In this document: in pieces, positions 11,260 through 23,657 of the stretch
Numbering within the stretch: position 1 is the stretch's first letter
Layout: each line of letters begins with the position of its first letter
DNA from: Felis catus
Lineage: Eukaryota
Reading direction: 5' to 3'
DNA: 64,000 bases
Assembly: GCF_018350175.1 (NCBI RefSeq)
Contig: NC_058368.1
Coordinates: 232,688,001 to 232,752,000, forward strand
Made by a program: the position numbers and the translations under genes
Notes under the pieces: model-generated
The model's input: the letters and a program-made list of their open reading frames with translations, nothing else
Told to the model about the DNA's origin: nothing
The model's database searches: none

Positions 11260-13514
11260 TGGGGGCCACTGGGATCAGGATGACTCTCCAGATGGTGAAA
11301 CACAGGTACAAATACTTTTCCATTAAGATTCCGAATTATGGTTTGAATTTCAATGTACCACACGTATATTTTAAACATTGGCTTGTTTTTCCAAGGCTGT
11401 GATTTCTTGTGCAGCTATTTTTGCAACTGTTGCTTTTGAGCGTTTCTGAGTCATGTCAAAGTCCTAATTGAGTCAAGTTTTCTCTTACTTTAATTGCTTG
11501 TCAGTTTATGATTACCAAAGTCAGAAGATTGCCTGGGTTTTCATATCCACATCCAAGTGTCACGATTTGCCAGTTTCGTGACGGTCTCTGCGTGCCTTGA
11601 TTACCTGGGACATGATCTTGCTGTCCATACCTTCCTGCCTTTTTAGAACATTACAGTTTATCAAGTTCAATAGCACTCTTTAGCAAACCACCTCACACTT
11701 GGCCTAGAAATTTTACTCAGAGATAGAATTCTTTCATTGCCGATGAAATTCATCAGAGTAAGCCTGAGGCTTCTGCTGGAAAATTTTCAGTGTTTTGTGT
11801 TTATCGTTTATGTAAAAACAGACCACTGAGGCTGGGCCAAGCACGGTACCGCCTGCTGGGGAACGGGTTGTTTGCTGTCCTTCCTTGTCCGCCAGCCACC
11901 TGTGCGACCCCTGTTTCCTGCGTAGAATGTTCTACCTAACCTACCTTCATCTTGTTCAGTTAAGCATTTCCTGCGGCTTTCATCTATGGTGATAGCTCAT
12001 TTCGTAGAGATCAAGAGAATCGTCCTCACTCTACCTGGTTGTCTGACTTTGAGACAGTTGCACCATGAGATCTTTCACTGTTTGGGCTCAAGCACGCAGC
12101 AGAAAGGAGAATTTAAGTACAGAGGGGAACATGGGCTTCTATTCTGTCTGCAAAGTAACTGTGTTTATAAGAGGCAGCGGCCGAATCTAGAAAGGTAAGG
12201 CTCAGCGACGAGGCTTTCAAGGTCTGTTGGGAGCAGAAGCAAATGCAATGCAGGTGAAGGGGCAAACCTTCCCCTGGGGAACCCACCTGAACCACGCCTG
12301 CTGGCTATGGGCCATGGTTGAGGATCCTGTTCTAGGCTCCTTCCCTCTCCCCTACACTGTTGCTCACTAATGAAGTTCCATCCATAAGATACTCCTGCGA
12401 GTGGGGTGGACCCTGTCAGCGCGCGAGGCCCGGGCATCCATTGCTTTCCCAACAGGAAGCCTCACTAGAGACTAGTCACCACCTCAGCTGTATATGAGTG
12501 GGGGGGGAGGTAAAGTCATGTACCTCAAAGAAGCCTTTCCCTTATTACTCTACAGAAAACTATCTCCCAAGGTGCACCCCAAGGAAAAGAGTCTTGGGTC
12601 CAGAGAATATAGGTGACTGCCCTTCAGAAGTTGATGGAATCTTCTGCCTAAACTCACAACAAATAATTTGTTTTAGTGATTTCCCAAATATGTGTAACAT
12701 TTTTAAGGAGTGATCATGCCTATGGATGCCCTGGCAAAGTAGGACCTTTTATAGAACTGAGGTGGGGAAATAGGTTGTAAATGGAAACTCCTGTAAATGG
12801 ATTTAGAAAGCCAGTCTATTGGGTCAAATATAATCTAAAATATAATATGGAGAACTAGATATGGAGGAAATGTATTCATTCCTTTAACCTAGAGACTATC
12901 ATAGATTATATTATAGGGACAACTCTATGCTTACTAGCATCTGATGTGTTTTAGAACTGAGTCAAGTGGTCATTTCTTCTCCATTTTTTACCCCTGATAA
13001 TTGTTCTGTAGTACATCTTTGCTCAAGGTCATGAGAACAGGGTTGGGTCAATAATCTGTGTTTTGGTGGTGCTTCAAAATCCACTGGTGATTTTTCACTA
13101 CCCGTGGGTCGCCGATGGTTTAAACTGAGCGGGTCCTTAAAATGTGAGAATCATGTTATTAGTACCTACTTCAGCAGAAGGTCAGGTAGCTGCCCAACAC
13201 CATCTCACCAACCCCCCAATACATGTGTATACTTGTACACCCAGACACGGACAGGCCACATCAGAAACAAGCCACAGAAAATTCAATTGAAAAGATGAAA
13301 TCCAATACACTGAAAAGGGTAACACTACTGTGAAATGGTTGATGATTTGAGGAAACCAGGCACACTACATATGTTGGAGGACCCCCGTCTAGCTGATAAA
13401 AGAGAGAATGCTTCAGATGAGTTTGGAGCTTATAGACAAAGAATCCCAGATTCCTGCTCACTCCTCATTGATCACAGCGGTCATTCAGAATCCAACCTCG
13501 TAACCATACTCTGA

Positions 13515-13938
13515 CGTGGCAGATTCCCTGGTGTCTCTATTCTCTACTGTCCCATCACAGTAGAATTATTTGTCGTGCCTTTCTCTGTGGTGAAGTGTAC
13601 TTCTCCACCCAACGGATGGTAGGCTTGGCCAATGTGGCTTACAGAAGCCAAGGAGGCATTAGTGAATCTGACTGGATGAGGCTTTGAGCACACCCGCGAA
13701 GTTTGACTTGGCTTCTGTCCACCTGTGTCTGCTACGGCCGCCCCTGCCCCATTCCACCTGTGTTCCAGAACGGAGACAGGGAAAGCATACCCGAAACGTT
13801 CCGGAAGTTGGGAGCACACGACACAGCCGAACCGAGCCCAGATCGGCGTAACCACAGCTTACCTGCAGACCCATGACCCTTGTAAACTGTTGAAATTTTG
13901 AGCATGTTTCACATGGGCAAATAAAAATGATTAATACA
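13515..13938 (+). mobile_element. Old MaLR LTR (MLT1I/J-like)
   Basis: 'gtgtacttctccaccc..ggcttggccaatgtggctt', 'gagcccagatc..acctgcagacccatga', terminal ..gattaataca. Confidence 0.7.
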
Positions 13939-14369
13939 ATGGCTAACTTAGTTTTGAGACTTAAGGAAATACCTGAAACTTGATCGTAATTTAATAGCAC
14001 CCTAAGAGTGAAGATAAGTAGGGGCAGCTATTGATTTCCAGCAGGAGATTTTGGATTCATGGGAGTGTCCCTGCCTGTCCACCACGGAGGATGGGCACCT
14101 CCCCTGCCTGGGCGTCCTCACTTCCCAGAGAAGATGCCCAGGCCATTTCAAGCTCAAGTAACCACAAAGAGGCCCGAAATTAAAAGGACAACATCGACTA
14201 GCTGCTCTCCACTGGGTACCGGAGAACATCACCTTGACCTCATTGCCCCGCGCGAGTCTACAAAACGGAGATACCCGTCATCATCACGACCGTGAAGACC
14301 CTCCCCGCCACCGCCTCGCCGACAAGGGCTGCCACAGAGAAATACAGAACACAACACGCATGGGATGCA

Positions 14370-14500
14370 AACTTGCTGAGCCACCCCGCAAGGTAGCTCT
14401 TGTTACCCTCAACAGATGAGTGGACCGAGACTCAGAGATACGAAGTGGCCTGTGCAGCTTGTCCCAGGGGCTGGCACACCTCTCGTCTGAAGAGATCTGA
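14370..14500 (-). mobile_element. MIR fragment
   Basis: 'aggtagct.ttgttaccctc.acagatgag..gaccgagactcagaga..aagtggcctg' matches the MIR core. Confidence 0.65.
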
Positions 14501-15320
14501 GGGGGAACCCCGGTTCTCTCAGACAACCAGAGCTTTGAGTCTCTAACGCATTGACTAGACCCTTGTCTGTGCCCCATACACGGAACTGCCCTGTGCCTTT
14601 ATCTTGGAAAAAAGGGTACGGAAGAAAGAGTCAGAGGAATCGTGTCAGCTGTTCGTAGTGTAAATCCTGACCGCTGGAGTTTCCTTTTAGGTAAAGCAAC
14701 TCAAGGGATTGACTTAAACTTTTGGCTGTCAAGACACCCACTTCAAAGAGGGCTGTCTGGAATAAACACCGCCAGCCGCAGGCCTGGATAAAGAGCCAGG
14801 CCTCCCACATCAGGCTCCTTTGTCTCAGGCATCGTGGTTCATTTTAACAAATGACCGTGTGGGCCACTCATGCTTTCTCTTCCCTCCACTTTGAACTCCC
14901 CATTAAGTTTTAAATTCGCTAATGAAGAGCAAGCCCACGAAACCCTAGGCCCCCACCCGCAACCCTCCAGAAAAGCAGAACCCCAGGCCCTCCTCCCCCT
15001 CCCCCACCCCTGCCATGGCCTCACTGCATGGGACCCCAGGTGTGTTGTGCAATTTCCAGGACTTGAAAGTAATCAACCTTCGTCCTCTTGCGGTCCTAAG
15101 AACCATAAGGGCCTGTGTAGCCTCTACAGTGGTTAGAGACAGGCTGAGACGGGCACTCAACAGGATTACCTGCGGAGATCTCCCTGAGCACTTTAGTCAC
15201 TCCTTTGAGCCCTTGGGAGAAAAGGGGCGCAGGAATCTTAAGTACCAGAAGGAGACACGTTTCTGTTATGTAAACTATCTTTCTTTCTTAGTTAGGGCCC
15301 TTATAAAACAGCTCCCATTG

Positions 15321-15402
15321 CCTGCTCTGTTTAAGCTGCTAAGAATAATATTCTCAACCCACCTGCTCCGCTTAAGCTGTTAAGAATAATATTCTCAACG
15401 CA
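15321..15402. repeat. 41-bp tandem duplication (2 copies, 4 mismatches)
   Basis: cctgctctgtttaagctgctaagaataatattctcaaccca / cctgctccgcttaagctgttaagaataatattctcaacgca. Confidence 0.95.
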
Positions 15403-15770
15403 CCTTGCATCAACTGTGTTTGTGTGTTAACTTTATATCAGGGCTTAACCCTGGCTTTACTTTTCATATTTTGCATTTTTATTAAACAACAACAACAACA
15501 AACACCAGCACAAAGCTATTTCTTTCATCTCTATCAGATTTCCTCAGGAATGGATTAGTAAGGTGTTCCCAAAGGAAGTGAGAGAGAGAAAGAACGAGAA
15601 CTTGGAAAGGATCTATGAGGGCTGTATCAGACCTCGGAGTGGTTGCATCTGGAGCGATTTCTGATCAGTCATTCCCCTTCTCCTCTGCCTACACGTGAGT
15701 AAGAGTGACAATTCGGGTCTCCTCCAGGCAGGTTTGGATACTACACTTCAAAACCGTATATACGGTCTCT

Positions 15771-15991
15771 GGGGCTCCTGCGTGGCTAAGTCTGTTAAGC
15801 CTCTGACTCGGGCTCGGGTCATGATCTCACGTTTATGAGTTCGAGCCCGGCGTCGGGCTCTGTGCTGACAGCTCAGAGCCTGGAGCTTGCATCGGATTCT
15901 TTGTCTCCCTCTCTCTCTCTGCCCCTTCCCCGATCACGCTCTGTCTTTCTCTCTGTCAAACATAAACAAACATTAAAAAAACAAAAACAAA
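15771..15991 (+). mobile_element. Can-SINE
   Basis: ggggctcctgcgtggct head, B-box gagttcgagcc, (CT)n, A-rich tail. Confidence 0.95.
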
Positions 15992-16009
15992 ACTATACTA
16001 TCCGTATAT

Positions 16010-16270
16010 AATGTGGTATATTATGCGGTTTCCTGGATGAAATCCTGGAACAGGAAAAAGACATTAGTGAAAAAATTGGTGCGATCCAAATAAAGTCCGA
16101 CTTGTAATCAATAGTAATGCACCCTGCTAGTTAATTCTTTAGTTGTGGCAAATGTGCCCCGGTTGTATAGGATGTTAGCGTTAGGGAAGATTGGGTGAAA
16201 CTTATACTGGCACTCTGTATGGTCTTTATAACTTTTCTATAAATTTGAAATGATTCCCAAGTACAAATCT
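16010..16270 (+). mobile_element. Old L1 (L1MC/MD-like) 3' end
   Basis: 'atcctggaacaggaaaaagacattagtg', 'ctctgtatggtctttataacttttctataaatttgaa'. Confidence 0.8.
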
Positions 16271-16649
16271 GATTATCTAAGAAGTTCAGATTTCACATTA
16301 AAAAACAAACAGACAAACAAACAAGCAAAACTAAGAAACACAGGTGCACGAACACACCCATCTCAACCCAGTCACGTGACTGTGGATCACCCCTTATTTC
16401 CATGGCAGAGTCAGTCACCCACAAACTGCAGATCTGACCACACTCCTCTGAGCGACAGCGCCCCCTCCCCCCCCCCCCCATGCAGGTTTGTTCCCACCAC
16501 CTGCTCCTTCTTGGGCGGAACTCTTCTGAACTTCTAGAAGCACAACCTGCAGCCATAGAAAGTCTCGCGTGTTCTTCAGGCCTTTCGTGCGGTCCTCATG
16601 CCTTCCCACGGCCCATGCCCAGCGGGCCTCACGGCCATCCCCGAGTGAT

Positions 16650-17210
16650 CCGCCGTAAGCTCTATGGAGGCAGTGAAGCCTTTTACACTGCTTGCCATCT
16701 TAAAGCACTCGCTCTGGGGGAAACCAGATGGTGTTCTGGAAGGACACTCAAGCAGCTCCCGGAGAGGCCTCTGTGGAGAGCCAAGGAGGTCCCTGGCCAG
16801 TAGCGCACAGCGATTTCATAGCAGTGTAAGGGACACATCTCGAAAGAGGGATCTCCAGCCCCAGTCGCACCTTCAGACGACTTCAACCCCCAGCTGGCAC
16901 CTGGCTGGAGCCTCGCAAGAGACTTCAAGGCGGAGAAGCTCCCTACCAAGTTGCCCCTGAATTCCTGACCACCAGAGACGACAAGATTATGAATGATGAG
17001 AATTTGGGGCGGTTTGTGACGCAAAAGTGGGTCACTGGTACAGATGTGGGTACAAACAAAGGAAGTGCTGTGAAAAGGCAAGTTCTCCAACAAGTGGGGG
17101 TGGCAGTGTGGCCAGCAGGGAGTAAAAGCAGAAAGAACGTTGGGAAGAGTGTTAATGAACTCTGAAACCGCTTTGAAGAGACTGTTAGCAAAGCCTGATT
17201 GCCTTCAAGA
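16650..17210 (+). mobile_element. MaLR LTR (MLT1F/G/H-like) 3' part followed by start of MLT internal sequence
   Basis: 'ctccagccccagtc..ccttcaga.gact', 'cctgaattcctgacc', LTR end ..cactggtaca at ~17042, then int-like 'gaagtgctg...ctttgaagagactgttag'. Confidence 0.75.
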
Positions 17211-18529
17211 AGTCCGCCAGCCGGTGTTTAACATGATTTGAGGAAAATATATCACTTTTCTGTACATTGAAATAAGTCAATTGCATGGTGCATGAGAGAG
17301 TTCCTGTCAAGAGAACATTATTTTTTTTTTTTTTACCATGAATTTGGTTATACACCCATAATATCATTAGCTTTTCCTGTTTTCTTTTATTACACCAATG
17401 GTTTTCTGGCATTGTATTTTCTGTTAACAAACTTGAATCCATGAGACAATACAAATAAAATCAGGTACTCTGCTTTATCCAATTTGAATCTCCTTAGCAT
17501 ACAATTTTGCTAAGTCACGATATTCTATCAATTCTAGAAGAACTGTGTGCCTACAGGAACTTGGGGAAACACAAGGTGTATCTTCAGCCAAGTTTTTGTT
17601 TTTCTTCGAAGTATTTGGAAGAAGTCATTTAAGCGTTCGATGTTTTATCGAACATCCTAGGAAAGATCTGGTGAAGCATCAGAGTGGGTGGTTTACTTTC
17701 TTCTAGAATCAAGCCTATCATCCTCTGGCTGGTTTTCAGTTATAAAGCAACCTACTCACAGAGCAGCACGGGGCAGGATATTCAAACTGGTTAGCAGGGA
17801 ACAGTCCTGAGGATGAATGCAACCTTCCCATGAGGGGGTGACGGCTATGTTTAATTGAATCAGAATTTTGCAGACAATTTCCATCAATAATTGATATGTC
17901 ATTGGGTCAATAAGGTAGCCACATTACGATCAATCTTACATCATTAGAAAGTAATTGCTCAGCCTTTCAATACCATTTAAAAAAAATCTGAGACAGATTA
18001 TAATATTTTATTTCCCCAGGGAGCTAAGGCAGCAATTTGCCAAAGACACGAACTTGCATTTGGAAATACCTACTGCTTTGCTCAGGACCACAGAGGAAAT
18101 TAAAAGCAAAATCGAGAATACAATCTGTATTGTCTGGAAGGTAGGTTAGGTGTTCAGTCAACAGTCACACTTTCCCAATTTAGATTCGGGATTCTGTCAG
18201 CTTCTGGAGGGGCTGATGAAAGGCCTTAGAGGAAGTGATGAAACCAACAGAAAGTAGAAGCCTCCCCATGGTTTTGAGGGGCCGGTGCTTCTAACAGCGC
18301 CAAAAAGAGTTTCCTTTCCCAGGGAACACTGCTGAGACTGCAATCCCATCCAGGTCTCCTCAAGTCTTCAGTCAACAAGGCTGGTGTGGCCTCTCCTCTC
18401 ACTCCTTCTTGTGCCGCAGTAGAACTTTCGATCTAAAAGCAAAATATGTGAAACACGTAGTCACACGATGTATTAACTAAGATGGGAATAAATTTTGTGA
18501 AGTAAAACTAGAAAAATTTATCAGAATCA

Positions 18530-18880
18530 GTAATGGTCTGAGGGAACTCAGATGCGGGGAAATGAGGAATGCGATATTAGTTGACGCACGAAGGACGAGT
18601 GGGAGCTAGCTGGGTGGAGCAGGGCAGAGGAGCAATCGGGTAGGGGGCAGGTGTGAAGGCACCGGGACGTGGGAGGCCATGTTGGATTTCAGGAAATAGA
18701 AAATTCACTTGGGGCAAAGTGAGCAAATAACTAAGTGGTAGGAGACGAAGCAGTAGATAGATGTCATTAACAGGGCCAATTAGATAATGTCAGTGATTTG
18801 GGGTTTTATTTTCTGAAGAAGTCGCTTCGGAGAAATAGGAGAAGAACTGATCCATTTGATGAGATTACATGTTTGTTGCT
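18530..18880 (-). mobile_element. L2 fragment
   Basis: 'gaaggacgagtgggagctagc', 'gtgaaggcacc', 'gatttggggttttatt' are typical antisense L2 3' region motifs. Confidence 0.7.
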
Positions 18881-19569
18881 GACAATATCAAGAGCGCTTA
18901 ATTAGAATATGAGAGGAAGAGAAAGCACGTTTTATCAACATAATCATATCAGTTTTAATTTTCCAAATTGAAACTTGGAAATTGCAATTCCACATTGTGG
19001 TTAATAATTTTGAAATCGTTGACGACTTTAATCGACTCTTTTCTATAGACCGTAAAGCTTATAATAGAGAAAATATGATTTCTCTAAGTGTTATCATACC
19101 TGTTCACCTGAAAGCCTAGTCCATTAAATGGAGAATATTCCCAACACTAAGATATTTTAAGGTGAAATGTATAAATATTTTCCATGTACTGATAGCTTCT
19201 TCAGTTCTCCAGAGTTCTAGGTTTAGCCTTTATGATTCTTTGGAAAGTTTTGTCAAATCTCGACGCTGAAAATTCACTGGTATTTTAATATTGTGCCGTT
19301 GTGACACAAAGGATAATATATCAAATTAAAAATGGGAACACCACCAAAAGATTCTTCCCACAAGGTGAGATATTCCAAGGTGTGATTAAGAACATAAACA
19401 TTAAGCTATGGACACTTGAATTCCTATTGTATGTTTTAGCTTTTCTCTTATTTTTGTGGGGATAAATGTTTTCTGAATGCAAGCTCCCTCCCTCCCCCCC
19501 TCCCCCCCCCCCCCCGCGCCCAACTGGAACTCACTCAAAGCTTTAAAAGCTTATGTTTTTTTTTCAAAA

Positions 19570-19822
19570 TATCATAGGGGAAGAAAAGAGAGAGACAAAC
19601 CAAGAAACAGACTCTCAACTATAGAGAACACACTGATGGTTATCAGAGGGGAGGTTGGGGGAGGGGTGGGTGACATAGGTGATGGGGATGAAGGAGGGCA
19701 CATGTGATGAGCACTGAGTGATGGATGAGTTGTTGAATCACTATATCGTACACTTGAAACTAACATAAGACTATATGTTAACTGAAACTTAAATAAAAAC
19801 TTAAAAGAAAATAAAAAAAAAA
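19570..19822 (+). mobile_element. 5'-truncated carnivore L1 3'UTR with poly(A)
   Basis: 'aaaccaagaaacagactctcaactatagagaacacactgatggtt...gatgagcactg...aataaaaacttaaaa'; degenerate TSD taaaag(c/t)ttatg. Confidence 0.92.
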
Positions 19823-19899
19823 TAAAAGTTTATGGTTCTTTTTGGATCCACTATTTAATTGAATAGTTGATCAAATATTTCTAATTAGGTTTAAAAAAC

Positions 19900-20090
19900 T
19901 TTTTTAATATTTATTTATTTTTGAGAGAGAGACAGACAGAGCATGCGTGGGGGAGGGGCAGAGAAAGAGAGGGAGACACAGAATCTGAGACAGACTCCAG
20001 GCTCTGAGATGGGGCTTGAACCCACAAACCGTGAGATCATGACCTGAGCTGCAGTCAGGGGCTTAACTGACTGAGCCACCCAGGCACCCC
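19900..20090 (-). mobile_element. Can-SINE (internally deleted)
   Basis: Antisense tail, (GA)n and head ..ccacccaggcacccc; TSD ct(a/c)attaggttt. Confidence 0.93.
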
Positions 20091-21302
20091 TCTCATTAGG
20101 TTTTAATAAAAACAAGCAACACCTATAGGACTTGCATCTTAAAAATGTTTAGTGTCACTGTAGGACAAATAAGTTTACTGAGGCGTTTGGATGATGGCCA
20201 AAGGATGCTCTGGATGTACATTGTGGAAGTCTGGTTCAAACACCCCAACTTACTGTCATAGAATTACTAACAACACTTTAAAAAAAAAAAAAAACAGAGA
20301 AGAAAAATCCAAGGCAAAGCCAAAATTGGACAAGTTGGACATTAGGCAAAATGAGCCCGTACTGGGTACGTCAGGAGGAAGGCCAGTCTGTTTTGACCCA
20401 AGAGACTGTGACACACCTACCTTCTCACTGTTGCCTTTCAGGTATGAAGTACGTATTAGCTAAGCACTTATCCTCACTTCCTGCTTCCTGTGCCGAACTA
20501 CAGAATGTGGAGTAGACTAATCCCTGTAAGTTTTCCTTGAAATAAACACATTCCTAAAATCCAGGGGAGAATGTGAAGTTGCTTTTCTCCTCTTAATAAC
20601 CTCAAATCCTTTCAGAAAATGAGAACCTAGAGTGACTCTTATACATTATGAATCTGGTATCGCTGAAAACAAATCTAATACATCTCATCAACGGTTTCTA
20701 GTAAAGTAGCTCAGACAAGTGCTTTTGGCTTTAGAATTGGCAAAATAATACCAACCCTGCACAATTTCTTCCAAAAAAAAAAAAAAATAGAAGCAGGCAG
20801 AACACTTTCTAGCTCACTAAGTACAGCGTGACTCTAATAACGAAATTGGATGAAGACATTATGAAGAAAGAAAACTGCCAAATAATATCTCTCATGAATA
20901 TGGATAAAATGGTCCTCAAAAGTATTAACAAATTTTGTTCAGCAAATAATAAAGAACAATACTCACTTGTTATAACAACCATCAGCAAATTTAGACTAAA
21001 GAGGAATGTCTTCAACTAGATAAAGAATAACTTAAAAAATGGATAATATCATACTTAATTATGAAAACTGGATATATCCCTCTAAGACTGGCAATGAGAT
21101 CTGAAAAAAATCTACCAAAAAAAAAAAAAAAAGAAAGAAAAAGAAACCTGGAACTAAAAAGTGAGTGTAGCAAGGTCACAGGATATAAATCCAATATACA
21201 AAAGCTGATTGATTTCCAGCAATTAATAACTAGAATCTGAAATTTTAAAAAAGTAGTAGCACTTGTAAGTTTCTGAGAAAAGAAATACTTAGACATAATT
21301 CT

Positions 21303-21521
21303 TTAAAAAATTTTTTTTAGGTTTATTTATTTTGAGAGAGACAGAGACAGCACAAACAAGGGAGGGGAAGAGAGAGAGAGGGAGAGGGAGAATCCCAAGC
21401 CGGATCTGTGCTGCCAGTGCAGAGTCTGACCCAGGGCTCAAACTCATGGAGCCACGAGATAATTACCCGAGCCAAAAACAAGAGTCAGATGCTTAACCAA
21501 CTGAGCTACCAACATGTCTCT
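21303..21521 (-). mobile_element. Can-SINE inside L1
   Basis: TSD cttagacataattct at 21288-21302 and 21523-21537. Confidence 0.93.
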
Positions 21522-22433
21522 CCTTAGACATAATTCTAACAAAATATGTACATAATCTGTACACTAAAATCTAGGAAACACCAATAAAATAAATGAAAGA
21601 AGGCCTAAATAAATGGAGATATATATTATCTTCACAGGTGAAAATATTTGATATTGTGAAGATGGCAATTGTTTCCAGCCTAAACTATAGATTCAATGTA
21701 AGGCCAGATGAACTCCCAGAAAGCTGTTTTGTATATATTGTATATATTGGCTAGTTCTAAAACTTTATAAGGAATGGTAAAAGACCTAGAATAGCCAAAA
21801 AGATATTGAAAGCAAAATACTGGAGGCCACACACTATCCTATTTTAAGACATATTGTAAACCTACAGTAGTCAAGATAGCACAGTAGTATAAAGAATAGA
21901 CATAGATCAAAGGAATAAATTAAGGCCCAGAAATAGATCCCACAAAAATAGTCAACTGCTTTTTGACAAAGGCATAAAAACAATTTAATGGGGAAAAGAT
22001 AATCTTTTCAACTAACACATGCAACAAACAAGCAAACAAACCCTTACACAAAAATTAGCTCATGGTGGACCAAAGACCAAAAAGTTAAATACAAAGCTAT
22101 AAAACTTCTAGAAGAAAACACAGGAGAAATTCTAGGTCCACCTTGGTTTTGGTGATGAATTTTTAGATACGACACTAAAACACCAACTATGAAAGATGAA
22201 TTTGATATGTTGAAAGTACTAGAGTTCAAAATTTCTCTCAGGGAAAATCACTGTTAGGAATAAAACAACAATCTAGAGACTGTGAAAAACATATTCATAA
22301 CAATCATACATGAGAAAAAGACTTGCACCTCAAATATATAAAGAACTCCTAAAATTCAACAAGAGAACAACTAACCCAACCAAATATAGCAAAACCATGA
22401 ACAGACACCTTACCAAAGAAGTAAACTGATCTT

Positions 22434-22660
22434 GGGACGCCTGGGTGGCTCAGTCGGTTAAGTGTCCGACTTTAACTCAGGTCATGATCTCACGGTCTGT
22501 GAGTTCGAGCCCCGGCCCCGCGTCTGGCTCTGGGCTGATGGCTCGGAGCCTAGAGCCTGCTTCCGATCCTGTGTCTCCCTCTCTCTCTGCCTCTCCCCCA
22601 TTCATGCTCTGTCTCTCTCTGTCTCAAAAATAAATAAATGTTAAAAAAATTTTTTTTTAA
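22434..22660 (+). mobile_element. Can-SINE inside L1
   Basis: Perfect 19-bp TSD aaagaagtaaactgatctt at 22415-22433 and 22661-22679. Confidence 0.96.
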
Positions 22661-23442
22661 AAAGAAGTAAACTGATCTTAATAATCATATGAAAAGATGC
22701 TAACATCATTTGTCATTAGGCAAATGCAAGCTAAAACAATAGTGAGATAGTGCTATATACCTATTATAATGGCTGAAGTTAAAAAAAAAAACCCACAATA
22801 CCAATTATTGGCAAGAATAAAGAGAAACAGGAAATCTCATCAATTTCTGGTTAGAATGCAACACGGTACTGCCATTTTGGGAGACAGTTTGCTAGTTTCT
22901 TACAAAACTAAGCATAATCATGTCATATGATCTGTCAGGTATTTACCTAAATTTTTTGAAAGTTTATGTCCTCACAAAACAAGCACATTAATATTCATAG
23001 TAGCTTTATTCATAAGTACCCCCAACTGGAAGAAACCAAGATGTCCTTCATCAGATAAATGGATAAACAGAATGTGGTACAAAAAAAACCCCCAATGGAA
23101 TAGTATCCAGTGATTTAAAAGAATGAGCTTCCACTCCATGCAATGCTGTGGTGTGTCTTATGCATATTGCAAACAAAAAAAACGGCTCCTTTGAAATAGC
23201 TATATACTATATCATTCTATTATATGACGTTCTAGATCATAGGGTAAATGGATCGGTGGTTGCCAGGAGTCTGGGGCTGGGGAAGGGTTGATTAGGTGAA
23301 GCCCAAGGGACTTTAGTACTGTGAACAGTTCTCCTGTTATATTTTAATGGTGGATACATGACACTCTGCATTTGTCAAAAGTCAGAATGTTCTAGCACAG
23401 AGTAACCTTAATGTATATCAGTTTTTAAAAAGTCCCTTAGGA

Positions 23443-23657
23443 GGCGCACCTGGGTGGCTCAGTCGGTTAAGCGTCAGACTTCAGCTCAGGTCATGATCTC
23501 GCGTTTGTGAGTTCGAGCCCCACATGGGGCTCTGTGCAGACAGCTCAGAGCCTGGAGCCTGCTTCCCATTCTGTGTCTCCCCCTCTCTCTGCCCCTCCCC
23601 TGCTCATGCTCTGTCTCTCTCTGCCTCTCAGTAATAAATAAACATTTAAAAAATTAT
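23443..23657 (+). mobile_element. Can-SINE inside L1
   Basis: Head, (CT)n and tail; TSD aaaa(g/c)tcccttaggagg. Confidence 0.95.

Noticed and set aside
11559..11582. 7-bp inverted repeat gtcacga...tcgtgac
   Set aside because: It is too short to exceed chance expectation in 64 kb.
15321..15402. Direct repeats as a CRISPR-like array
   Set aside because: There are only two adjacent copies with no spacers, in a mammalian context.
16455..16480. cagcgccccct as a second CTCF site
   Set aside because: Only half the motif matches; the rest is a poly-C run.
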